This document shows positions 23,865 to 31,768 of a DNA stretch of 32,000 bases, in pieces. The stretch is from Candidatus Iainarchaeum sp. Its GTDB lineage: Archaea; Iainarchaeota; Iainarchaeia; Iainarchaeales; JACQJH01. Below the pieces are notes generated by a model that saw only the letters and a program-made list of their open reading frames with translations, ran no database searches and was not told where the DNA came from. The position numbers and the translations under genes are program-made. The stretch covers positions 120,001 to 152,000 of the forward strand of contig JACQJH010000001.1 of assembly GCA_016205145.1 (NCBI GenBank), in the 5' to 3' direction. Position 1 is the first letter of the stretch, and each line of letters opens with the position of its first letter.

Positions 23865-26267
23865 TCATTTTCGCTTTTTCCTGAGTTTTTGCGCGGAAAA
23901 GCGCGAAAAAGAGAACAGGCCGAACCCTGCCAAAACCGCTACCACTCCGACAGCCAGGTTTTCCACTGGTGGAAAGAATCCGAGGAAACCTGTTATGCCT
24001 GTGCCTGGTGCCGCTTCAGGTTTTGGCTTCGGCGCCAAGGCAGTGTCTGGCGCGCCCACCCGCCCGGCTATTGGCCTTTTGATTGCATCTGGCTTTGTTT
24101 CCGGTGTCAGGCTTTCGGTGGGCTCTGCCTGCTCCGCAACCGGCGCCGGTGCGGGCAATGCAGGGGTGGTTGTTGCGTCCGGTGCCTGCGCCGGAGTCTG
24201 GTTTGCTGTTGTGCTTCCTCCCCCCGTTTGCGTTTGCGCGCTTGCCTGGCTTGTCTGCGTGAATGTTGCAAACAACGTGAAGTGTTTTGTCCAAATCACC
24301 AGGTCAGAGCCGACGGTTATCCTGCAGTCGCCTTCCGCAGGCAAAGCATCTCCCGCTGCCTGCGTGTCGGCTGAACAGGTGGTTGAAATCGGGTAAAACG
24401 TTCCGTTCCTTGAATAGCCTGCATATTTTCCGGCCTGGCCTGAAAAGAGCAGTCTTGCAGCCTTGTCGAACAGGATTTTCGTGTCACCAAACCCTATTTC
24501 AATGACGCCCACGTCGCCTGCTGTTGTTCCGGAATCAGGCGTTACCGAAACCATCGAACCTGCCTTCACTGTCGGAACATTGATTGTCCCGTTCCAGCCT
24601 GCCCCGCCCGTTATTTTTGTTCCGGCCGGAAGCACGGCAGAATAGTTGTTGTCCCCCGCCCTTTCCATTGAAAGGCCGTTGGACAGGGTTACGCTGTTGT
24701 TCGAGTCGACCAAGCCTGAAAAGTCGAGCCAGACGTTCTGGTCCGGCTGCACGGTGTCAGGCACAACGATTTTTTGCAGGGGCGAACCCGATTGGACAAT
24801 TATTTCATGTGTGTTTGCGTCGGTTGTCATGCTGTTCGCGTCAACCACAAGCTGATTCGCGTCGGCAATCCTGATCATCCTGCTTTCGGTTCCTTCAATG
24901 TTGCCCGCGCCGTCGGTGCTGTAAAACCTGATGTAAGAAATGCCTTTGGCGTTCACTGAAACCGCCGCGGAATATTCCGTTGCCGGCGCGCATCCGTTAT
25001 TTGTGTCAGTGCAATATGCTGTTGCAGTGCAGCCTGCGCCGTTTCCGTCTTCGCAGGCCAGGGAAACAGAAACGCTCTTGTCATTCGTCCACGAATTGAA
25101 ATCATAGCTTCCCGCGTTCGCGCCGGTTGAAGGGGCGGTCCTGTCAATGTTCAGGTTTCTGGTCGGGCTTGTTCCCTCGTTTGCAACATTGTCTGTGCAG
25201 GAAACGCGCCAGGCGGCAGGGCCGTCGTTCAGGCCGGAAATGTTCTCGTTCGCAAATGCAGATGCAATGCCGCTGTTGAAATCGCCTGAATTGCTTTGAA
25301 TGCCGTTGAGGAGCAGCCGGCATTGCAGTTGGCTGCTGTTGTCATCCGCCGAAAAGTTGAAGTCCGCTGAATTTGATGCAGTGAAAACGCTGTCATCCGG
25401 GCCCGCGAGCGCAATTGCCGGCGCGTCGTTGTCAACGGTAACCTGTACTCCGCCGGTTGTCAGAGAGTTTCCGGCATTATCGTAAACTTTGAGGTACAGG
25501 GACCGGGTTCCATTAACGTCTGCCGCGTTTGTGTCCCATTGGATTGAATACGGCGCGCTTGTGTCCTCGCCGATTTTTGTTCCGGGACTCCCGAACCAGA
25601 ATTCCACTCTTGCTATTCCTGAGCCGCTGTCAGATGCGTTCGCGTCGATTGTGGCTGTTCCATTCAAAGTGCTGTCCGCGGCGGGCACGGTGATGTTTCC
25701 GTCCGGTGCAATCGTGTCAATTATTGAATGGCCCGCCGGCGATATCGGCGCACTGCCCGTGCCCGGCCAGTCGCCGCTTTGGAATGAAAGCTTGTTTTTG
25801 CTGACGTTGAGGTCGACAGTGTTTCCGTTTTCCGCTGACGGCGCAATGTCGACTGCGAGATAAAACTGTTTCGCCGCATTTTCATCCAGGTCGCAGGCGC
25901 TGTCGGGGTTTATCCTGTATTCCTCATTATCAGGCGAACTGTCCTGCCCGCACAGCACGTCGGTCGAGGAATCGAACGTTCCGTTGTTTCCGTCGCTTTC
26001 CGCATAAAGGTAAACAGCTGAAACATCAGCCGTGTCTGTTCCGGAATATTCGATTTTCGCTGAAGTGCCGCTGCCCCAGTTATCGCCGTTGTCCCTGATG
26101 CTCGTCAGTGTGAATGTGGCCATTGGCACTTTTGTTGCACCCGCACTCACATAATCAGGGGTCAGGCCGGCAACCGCGCTTTGCGTTATCTTGGATGATG
26201 ATGCAGCAGCCTGTCCAGCAAGGAAAAGCAGGAAAACGGCAATCCAAAAGAAATTTTTCGGGTTCAT
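23865..26267 (-). CDS. Large cell-surface protein with Ig-like repeats, a Thr/Pro/Ala-rich stalk and a C-terminal TM anchor
   Basis: The signal peptide is MNPKNFFWIAVFLLFLAGQAAA. Ig-like segments include DTIAPDGNITVPAADSTLNGTATIDANASDSGSGIARVEFWF...VYDNAGN. The stalk runs QTQTGGGSTTANQTPAQAPDATTTPALPAPAP... The C-terminus is GFLGFFPPVENLAVGVVAVLAGFGLFSF followed by KLRKKRK. Confidence 0.85.
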   Translation of the reverse strand: MNPKNFFWIAVFLLFLAGQAAASSSKITQSAVAGLTPDYVSAGATKVPMATFTLTSIRDNGDNWGSGTSAKIEYSGTDTADVSAVYLYAESDGNNGTFDSSTDVLCGQDSSPDNEEYRINPDSACDLDENAAKQFYLAVDIAPSAENGNTVDLNVSKNKLSFQSGDWPGTGSAPISPAGHSIIDTIAPDGNITVPAADSTLNGTATIDANASDSGSGIARVEFWFGSPGTKIGEDTSAPYSIQWDTNAADVNGTRSLYLKVYDNAGNSLTTGGVQVTVDNDAPAIALAGPDDSVFTASNSADFNFSADDNSSQLQCRLLLNGIQSNSGDFNSGIASAFANENISGLNDGPAAWRVSCTDNVANEGTSPTRNLNIDRTAPSTGANAGSYDFNSWTNDKSVSVSLACEDGNGAGCTATAYCTDTNNGCAPATEYSAAVSVNAKGISYIRFYSTDGAGNIEGTESRMIRIADANQLVVDANSMTTDANTHEIIVQSGSPLQKIVVPDTVQPDQNVWLDFSGLVDSNNSVTLSNGLSMERAGDNNYSAVLPAGTKITGGAGWNGTINVPTVKAGSMVSVTPDSGTTAGDVGVIEIGFGDTKILFDKAARLLFSGQAGKYAGYSRNGTFYPISTTCSADTQAAGDALPAEGDCRITVGSDLVIWTKHFTLFATFTQTSQASAQTQTGGGSTTANQTPAQAPDATTTPALPAPAPVAEQAEPTESLTPETKPDAIKRPIAGRVGAPDTALAPKPKPEAAPGTGITGFLGFFPPVENLAVGVVAVLAGFGLFSFSRFSAQKLRKKRK

Positions 26268-26359
26268 TGGCCTGCTCCTGTTCTATATGCGCCGAGTTTG
26301 TTATTTAATCTGCCGTTGCCGGCCATGGCCCGGAAGGAAAGATTCTGGTATTGGCTGCC

Positions 26360-26662
26360 TTAAAGGAAGTCTTCCAATGCTTCCAGCGCCTTTCCCGACG
26401 CCATTTTCGGGTTCCACGGCGGTTCAAAAGTTATTTCGATTTCAGCGTTTTTGACGCCTTCGACCTGCCTCGCAACGGTTTCCGCCTGCGCAATCATCTG
26501 CGGCCCGGCCGGGCAGGCGGGGCTTGTCAAGGACATGACAATTTTCACGTCGCCGCCGCTGACTTTGATTTCATAAACCAGGCCAAGCTCGACGATGTTG
26601 AAATGCAGTTCCGGGTCGATGACCTGCCTGAGCGCCTCGCGGATTTTTTCCTCGGAAACCAT
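26360..26662 (-). CDS. DUF59 / MIP18 / SufT-like Fe-S assembly protein
   Basis: MVSEEKIREALRQVIDPELHFNIVELGLVYEIKV...LTSPACPAG is the classical DUF59 signature. A GAAGCTTTAATACTA box lies 30-45 nt upstream of ATG 26662. Confidence 0.85.
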   Translation of the reverse strand: MVSEEKIREALRQVIDPELHFNIVELGLVYEIKVSGGDVKIVMSLTSPACPAGPQMIAQAETVARQVEGVKNAEIEITFEPPWNPKMASGKALEALEDFL

Positions 26663-26885
26663 GCCATACACCAAAACAAGAATTGGACAAAATAGTATTA
26701 AAGCTTCGCGCCTCCCCCAGCCGGCCAACTCATCCATGCTGGCGGATTTTGCAGGCCGTTCGATTCCGCGCGGCTAAGGCAATAGGATGGTTGGGGGTTG
26801 TGCAGATTTAAGCCCGGTCTTTATGGGCGATATCGGGCAATTTCTGCACACCCGCTATGAGGCAAAATAAAAGCGCCAATGCGTT

Positions 26886-27038
26886 TTACTTGCTTGAAAT
26901 TTTCTTTTTCTTCACGTAAGCCCAGATTTTTTTAGTCATTTCGCTCGGGGCTATTTTTCCTGATCCGAAAATGTCTTCTGCTGTGTCCTTACAGCCCTTG
27001 AAGCAGATGTTGTATCCGCCAAATGCTGGTTTCGCCAT
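26886..27038 (-). CDS. 50-aa basic mini-protein resembling the N-terminal half of a SWIB/MDM2 domain
   Basis: DIFGSGKIAPSEMTKKIWAYVKKKKI resembles the SWIB segment ..IVGAGPMPRTEIIKKMWDYIKEN.. as I recall it. An AGGAG SD lies 11 nt upstream of the ATG. The longer 159-aa ORF extension looks non-coding. Confidence 0.35.
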   Translation of the reverse strand: MAKPAFGGYNICFKGCKDTAEDIFGSGKIAPSEMTKKIWAYVKKKKISSK

Positions 27039-27125
27039 TTTTTCATCAAACTCCTTTGCATTTTTTGTAAAGCCAAAAAGGCTTTTATTTAACAAATTGC
27101 GTTCGGGTTTAAATAGGTAATGTCG

Positions 27126-27143
27126 AAAAACGCCAAAAATGCC
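27126..27143. repeat. 18-nt repeat AAAAACGCCAAAAATGCC, left copy
   Basis: Its exact reverse complement occurs at 31751-31768. It is embedded in phased A-tracts and GCCAAAAA-type repeats (27070-27185). Confidence 0.7.
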
Positions 27144-27534
27144 CTGCCAAAGGGAAAAATCGCAAAAAATGCCAGTCAGGAAAATGTGCAAGGCCGGGCT
27201 CAAATGCCGTGCAGGGGCACCGGGATTTTCAATAGTGAGGAAAGGGTGGTTGAGTAGCCTGGCCGCGAAAAAGTCATGCCGTTGATTTCGGAGGACTTTA
27301 TTCTTGGAACACGGATTTGCCCAGGGTGATTTTTTATAAAGTCCAGCCAGTTCATGCAAACTCAACCTCCCTTGATTTTCCTCTTTTTGCCTTCCAACCT
27401 TTTTTCCCCTTTGCCGAGGAGTAATAAGTAGCAGCGGGTTGTATTTAAATATCAGCTATAAAAAAGTTAGCAGATAAAAAAAAGAAAGCTGAATAAATAG
27501 GTATAAAAATTCCATTTGCTATCTTTTGTATACT

Positions 27535-27849
27535 ATGTTTGACGGCGCAAAGCTTTTGTCTCTCAATAAGGCTGTTCCTTTGGTCGAACCGAAGTTTTCC
27601 CTTCTCATTCTGGCGCAGCTGCTGGTTTCCGGCGGCTCGGGCAATTTCAACAAACTGCTTTCAAGCGTCGAGGGCCTGACGCCTAAAACGCTTTCAACGC
27701 GCCTCAAGGAATTGGAGGAGAAGGGCCTTGTTTCAAAGCAGATTCTTGTCGGCAGGCCCATCCGCATAGAGTACAGGCTCACGAAAAAAGGCCTTGCATT
27801 GGAAAAAGCCTTGGCGGAGCTTGCGGATTGGACGGCTGGGTCGGCTTGA
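27535..27849 (+). CDS. HxlR-family winged-helix transcriptional regulator
   Basis: KFSLLILAQLL..GSGNFNKLLSSVEGLTPKTLSTRLKELEEKGLVSKQI..GRPIRIEYRLTKKG. GGTATAAAAATT lies about 28 nt upstream of the ATG, so the transcript is likely leaderless. Confidence 0.85.
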   Translation: MFDGAKLLSLNKAVPLVEPKFSLLILAQLLVSGGSGNFNKLLSSVEGLTPKTLSTRLKELEEKGLVSKQILVGRPIRIEYRLTKKGLALEKALAELADWTAGSA

Positions 27850-27905
27850 AACAGCCGGATTAATTTTTTATAGTTGCCCTGCGTTATTTTCTCTGTTGAT
27901 TTTGG

Positions 27906-28523
27906 ATGGTTTTCAGGCCCAAATTGTTCAAGCCTTCAAGTGTTCACCGGACAGAATGCCTTCACGGGCCGTGGGACGCGGTGGCCACTTATCGCGTCGA
28001 AGCCCGTCTTGAGGGGGGCGGAAGGCGGGTCCTGCATTTGATTGAGAAGAATTTTGCTTTTGACCCTGCATTGGTCAGGCATCAGAATATGGGGATGGGC
28101 GGGCCTGACCGGCTTGCTGAGGCTGAGCGCATATTGCGCCTTCAACAGGAAGAACATGCTCAACACTATTCTGTCGTTTCACAGGTTTTGAGGCGTGCCG
28201 GCATCAACACGGTTTCTGTTAGGCTGATGCGAAACGAAGATGGCTCCCACCGCATTTTTTTGGGCGACCTTAGCGAGGGAGGCCAACACAATGTAATTGA
28301 ATGGGCAGACGTTTCAGAAAACGAAACTGAGGAAGCGCGGTCTCTGCCAAATTATTCTGAAGTGAAGGCTCTTATTGAAAGCCAGACGGCCGATGCTGCA
28401 AGCGCCGGCGCCAGGATTTTTTCACTCCGCGCTTGGCTGATTCTTATTGACGGCAGGACCGGCCGTGGCAGGCCGTTTGTCGCGGATTTCAAGCACGTGT
28501 TTCTTCCACGTTTGCCGGATTAG
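27906..28523 (+). CDS. Hypothetical protein (weak protein-kinase-like or Kdo-kinase-like hints only)
   Basis: A 205-aa ORF. ...RRVLHLIEK... and ...AWLILIDGRTGRGRPFVADFKHV... vaguely recall kinase N-lobe Lys and DFG-like segments, but there is no HxD motif. It overlaps the next, convergent gene by 4 nt. Confidence 0.5.
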   Translation: MVFRPKLFKPSSVHRTECLHGPWDAVATYRVEARLEGGGRRVLHLIEKNFAFDPALVRHQNMGMGGPDRLAEAERILRLQQEEHAQHYSVVSQVLRRAGINTVSVRLMRNEDGSHRIFLGDLSEGGQHNVIEWADVSENETEEARSLPNYSEVKALIESQTADAASAGARIFSLRAWLILIDGRTGRGRPFVADFKHVFLPRLPD

Positions 28524-29230
28524 GCTTTTTTCTTTTTCACGCCGTATTCGAGTATGCCTTTGCCCCTGTATTCGAGGTTGTAGCTTGCCAGCAGTTCTTC
28601 GAAGCCCCTTTCGCCTAAAACCCTGCGCAGGTTGTAGAAGTCGAGCTTGATTGTGCCTTGCGCCGGCACTCCATGCTCTTCTTTCGGCGAGTAGATGCCG
28701 ACTATGACGTTTATTTTATCGCCTTTTTTTGCCAGTTCGCGGTTTTTTTTCTTGAATTCCGGCGTCCTGGTTTCCTTCCACGCCTGCAGGAAAACATTGA
28801 ATTCCTCGAAAACAAGGTTGAGGTCGTTTGCTTTCAGCAGTGTTTCAAGGCCTTTTTCCGAAAGCCTTTGCCTGAGCTTTGCGAGCAGTTTTTCAAACTC
28901 TTTTTCGTCTTTTCTTGCCCAGTCCGCCAACGGCCCTTTCGGGGGTTTTGCCTTTGAAACCTTGTGTTTCGAGCGTACGTGGTCGCAGAATACTGCTATG
29001 AGGCCGCATTTTGCGTCGTGCCCAATGCTGTAAAAGTCGCCGCTGTGGCCGTAGCCCAGAATGCTTATGCCGTCGTGCACGATTCCGGTTTCGCTTTTGT
29101 TTCCTGGGTTTGCGTCCGTGTAGGAGTTAAGCACGTTTCTTTCGTGGTGGTCCAGGCCAACGTCCTTGAATGCCTTTGCTATGAAGCCTTTGTGTACTCT
29201 CCTGTCAACGCAATGCACGATTTTGCCCAA
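28520..29230 (-). CDS. Hypothetical protein with an N-terminal CxDxR ... HxxxCG motif pair (distantly beta-carbonic-anhydrase-like)
   Basis: IVHCVDRRVHKGF and YSIGHDAKCGLI in the N-terminal half, a K/E-rich helical middle, and a C-terminal KKKKA tail. Confidence 0.55.
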   Translation of the reverse strand: MGKIVHCVDRRVHKGFIAKAFKDVGLDHHERNVLNSYTDANPGNKSETGIVHDGISILGYGHSGDFYSIGHDAKCGLIAVFCDHVRSKHKVSKAKPPKGPLADWARKDEKEFEKLLAKLRQRLSEKGLETLLKANDLNLVFEEFNVFLQAWKETRTPEFKKKNRELAKKGDKINVIVGIYSPKEEHGVPAQGTIKLDFYNLRRVLGERGFEELLASYNLEYRGKGILEYGVKKKKA

Positions 29231-29374
29231 ATTTTATCCCTCCGGAGACCGAACCAAAAAAGATTTACGGCTGAAAGGCATAAATACTTGCAGCCTTATT
29301 TTTAATGGTTAACAATATTTGAACCTTGAACCTTTATAATAATTTAATGGTTCTTTTTTTGGTGGCGGTGGCTT

Positions 29375-30565
29375 TTGGCTCGCATTTGCAGGATTGTCGA
29401 CTTTTTTCCTTCGGAAAAGGAAATTCTGGGCGATTTGGGCCCCAATTACCATTATTATTCGAAGGGCACGACCGATGCCGGCTTCGAGGAGCATGTCATT
29501 TGCACCCGCGGAAAAGGCCAGCCTGAATTCGAAGAAGTGGGCAAGGTGAAAGTGCATCGCGTTGCACCGTCTTATGTGAAGCATGCCCGCCGAAGCCTTC
29601 TTTGGGGCGCTTTTGCGAAAAATTCCCTGGCCAAGGCACTGGAATTGAAGCCCGATTTGCTGGTGGGCCACAACGCACTGCATTTTTGGCCGGCCCTGCA
29701 CAAGAAACAGCTTGAAAAGCGGGACATCCGGCTTTTGACGCATCTGCACGGCTGGGTTGACTTCATTTTTTTTGCCGAGCATTTTCCCTGGCTTGAAAGC
29801 CCTTCCATTGCGTTCCGGGACCGCGCAATGGATTTTTCGTTTTTTTGCCAGTTTTTGCCGGTTGTCCTGAACGCTGACTTCATTGTGGCATGCGACAATT
29901 CCACGAAACTGGACGTGCAAAAGTACGCCGGCGGCAAGCCGGTCGAGGTTGTCTACAACGGCGTTGACCTGGATGTGTTCAAGCCAATGAAAAGCAATGT
30001 CAAGGAAGGGCTTGGCGCGGAGCGGCTTTTGCTGAATGTTTCAAGGCCCGTGCCCTGGAAAGGCCTGCAATACCTGATTAATGCTATGCCGTTAATCAAC
30101 CGCGAGTTTGATGATGCCAAGCTTTTGCTTCTGGGCTTCAGGCGCGATGACTACAAGCCTTACACTGCGTGGCTTGAGCGCCTGGCTGAAAGGCGCGGCC
30201 TTTCAAACGTGGTTTTCGGCGGAAAAGTGCCTTACTTTGACCTTCCGAAATACTATTCGGCTGCCGACTGCTTTGTCGCGCCCTCGTATCCTGATCCGAG
30301 CCCTAAAACCGTTTACGAGGCGCAGGCATGCAACACTCCCGTTGCGGGCGTAAATGGCGCGGGCATTCCCGAAATTTTCGGCCCGGAATCCGGCCTGCTG
30401 TTTGAAAAGCGCAATCCGGAAGACCTGGCGGCCAAGGTCATTGAAATCCTTGAAAAGCCCAGGTCTTTCCGCAACGGAAGGGAAACAGTCGAAAAAAAGG
30501 CGACCTGGAAAAACTGCGTGAAAAGCCTTGTAGGCGCGTACGAAAAGGCATTGGCGATGCCTTGA
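29375..30565 (+). CDS. Glycosyltransferase, GT4 family (Glycos_transf_1 type)
   Basis: The C-terminal half has the typical pattern: LLNVSRPVPWKGLQYLINAM, FGGKVPYFDLPKYYSAADCFVAPSYPDPSPKTVYEAQACNTPV (an E-x7-E-like region). The TTG start is provisional. Confidence 0.85.
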   Translation: MARICRIVDFFPSEKEILGDLGPNYHYYSKGTTDAGFEEHVICTRGKGQPEFEEVGKVKVHRVAPSYVKHARRSLLWGAFAKNSLAKALELKPDLLVGHNALHFWPALHKKQLEKRDIRLLTHLHGWVDFIFFAEHFPWLESPSIAFRDRAMDFSFFCQFLPVVLNADFIVACDNSTKLDVQKYAGGKPVEVVYNGVDLDVFKPMKSNVKEGLGAERLLLNVSRPVPWKGLQYLINAMPLINREFDDAKLLLLGFRRDDYKPYTAWLERLAERRGLSNVVFGGKVPYFDLPKYYSAADCFVAPSYPDPSPKTVYEAQACNTPVAGVNGAGIPEIFGPESGLLFEKRNPEDLAAKVIEILEKPRSFRNGRETVEKKATWKNCVKSLVGAYEKALAMP

Positions 30566-30603
30566 ACTGCTTGCCTATTGCATTGCTTTTGCCTGTTAGC
30601 CCT

Positions 30604-31257
30604 TTACGCCCTTTTTTTTATCTCTTTGGCGGGGTTGCCCGCAACAATGGTGTAAACCGGAACGTTTTTCGTGACAACCGCGCCGGCTCCGACAATTGCG
30701 CCTTTTCCTACTGAAACGCCGGGCAGGATTGTCGCGCCGGCGCCAAGCCAGCAGTCCTCGCCGATTTCGACTGCTTTCTCCTCAAATGCCTGCTGCCTGA
30801 TGAGCGCGTTTTTTTTGCGCCCGTGATTGGATGAAGTTATTGTCACTCCCGGGCCGATCCGGGTGTTATTCCCGATTTTAACATTGCCCCTGCCAAGGAT
30901 TACGCAGTAAGGGTTTAAGGAGCAATTGCTGCCGATGTCAATGCTTCCCGTTACAGCGTCAAGCAGGCATGCACGCAGGATCTTGGAGTTGTCGCCGATG
31001 GAAATGGAGCCTTCCCGCTCCACGGTTTTCACCGTGGTCAATGAAGAAAGTGTTTCGATGGCAACGTTGTTTCCGAGTGAAACCCGTTTTGCCGAGTCGA
31101 TGTGCACGCCTGGCTCGACTGAAACGTTTCTGCCGATGCGCCTGAAAGAGCCCCGAAATACGAGCAGCCAGAGCCACTGCCTCAGCCTTTTCAGGGCTTT
31201 TGCCAAAAGCTCCGGCAGGGAATTCTGGCCAAAATAGCCAATTCTTTTTTTCGCCAT
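30604..31257 (-). CDS. Left-handed beta-helix (hexapeptide repeat) acyl/acetyltransferase
   Basis: Repeated [LIV]-G-x-x-x-x hexads: [58 protein letters not shown]. The start is at the internal ATG 31257 (MAKKRIGYF). Confidence 0.85.
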   Translation of the reverse strand: MAKKRIGYFGQNSLPELLAKALKRLRQWLWLLVFRGSFRRIGRNVSVEPGVHIDSAKRVSLGNNVAIETLSSLTTVKTVEREGSISIGDNSKILRACLLDAVTGSIDIGSNCSLNPYCVILGRGNVKIGNNTRIGPGVTITSSNHGRKKNALIRQQAFEEKAVEIGEDCWLGAGATILPGVSVGKGAIVGAGAVVTKNVPVYTIVAGNPAKEIKKRA

Positions 31258-31750
31258 TAAGCCTATTGTAGTGCTTTCCCCTTTTTTATTGTTGCTGGTT
31301 TTAAGATTGCGGGCCGGCAAAACGCCTTTTTTTGCAAGGGTTTTGTCTAGCCAAAACAACAAAAAAACACCAATTTTTTTATGTATATGTGCCTTTTTCT
31401 CCCAAAATTCTGCCATCTTTGGCGGTTTTCGTGCTTTTTCACCTGCCCGGACGGGCAAAATTTTACAATTGTTTAACGTTAATCATTATGTGGTGGCTGG
31501 TAATTTTTTATCTGCATGAAGTTAAATTGTTCATGGCCATCCCGCCCTCGCTTGAGCGTTCGTGTGCCTTGCCTTCCAGGCACTTTTTTGCGAAAATCGT
31601 ACTCTTGCGCTTTTTTGCCGCCTGCTCCGGCCCGTTGAACCCAAAAATAGCCTCAAAAACAGGTGGTTTGAAATATGATGTTTTAGGGCATATTTTAGTT
31701 GTTGTTTCAAACCATTTTTCGTCCAAAAATCCGCAAAAAACAACCATTTT

Positions 31751-31768
31751 GGCATTTTTGGCGTTTTT
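31751..31768. repeat. 18-nt repeat, right (inverted) copy, inside a TTTTGGC tandem array
   Basis: GGCATTTTTGGCGTTTTT is the reverse complement of 27126-27143. The local array is TTTTGGC-A-TTTTTGGC-G-TTTTTTTGGC (31747-31773). Confidence 0.7.

Noticed and set aside
26327-26341. GGCCCGGAAGGAAAG resembling the SRP RNA helix 8 / 4.5S GGUCCGGAAGGAAGCAGCC motif
   Set aside because: The conserved AGCAG half is missing, the spacer is only 92 nt long, and it is more simply the promoter/5' region of the surface-protein gene.
27039-27365. N-terminal 109-aa extension of the 26886..27365 ORF
   Set aside because: The extension runs through phased A-tract repeats and has no protein-like pattern. A good SD and ATG occur at 27038, giving the 50-aa SWIB-like product.
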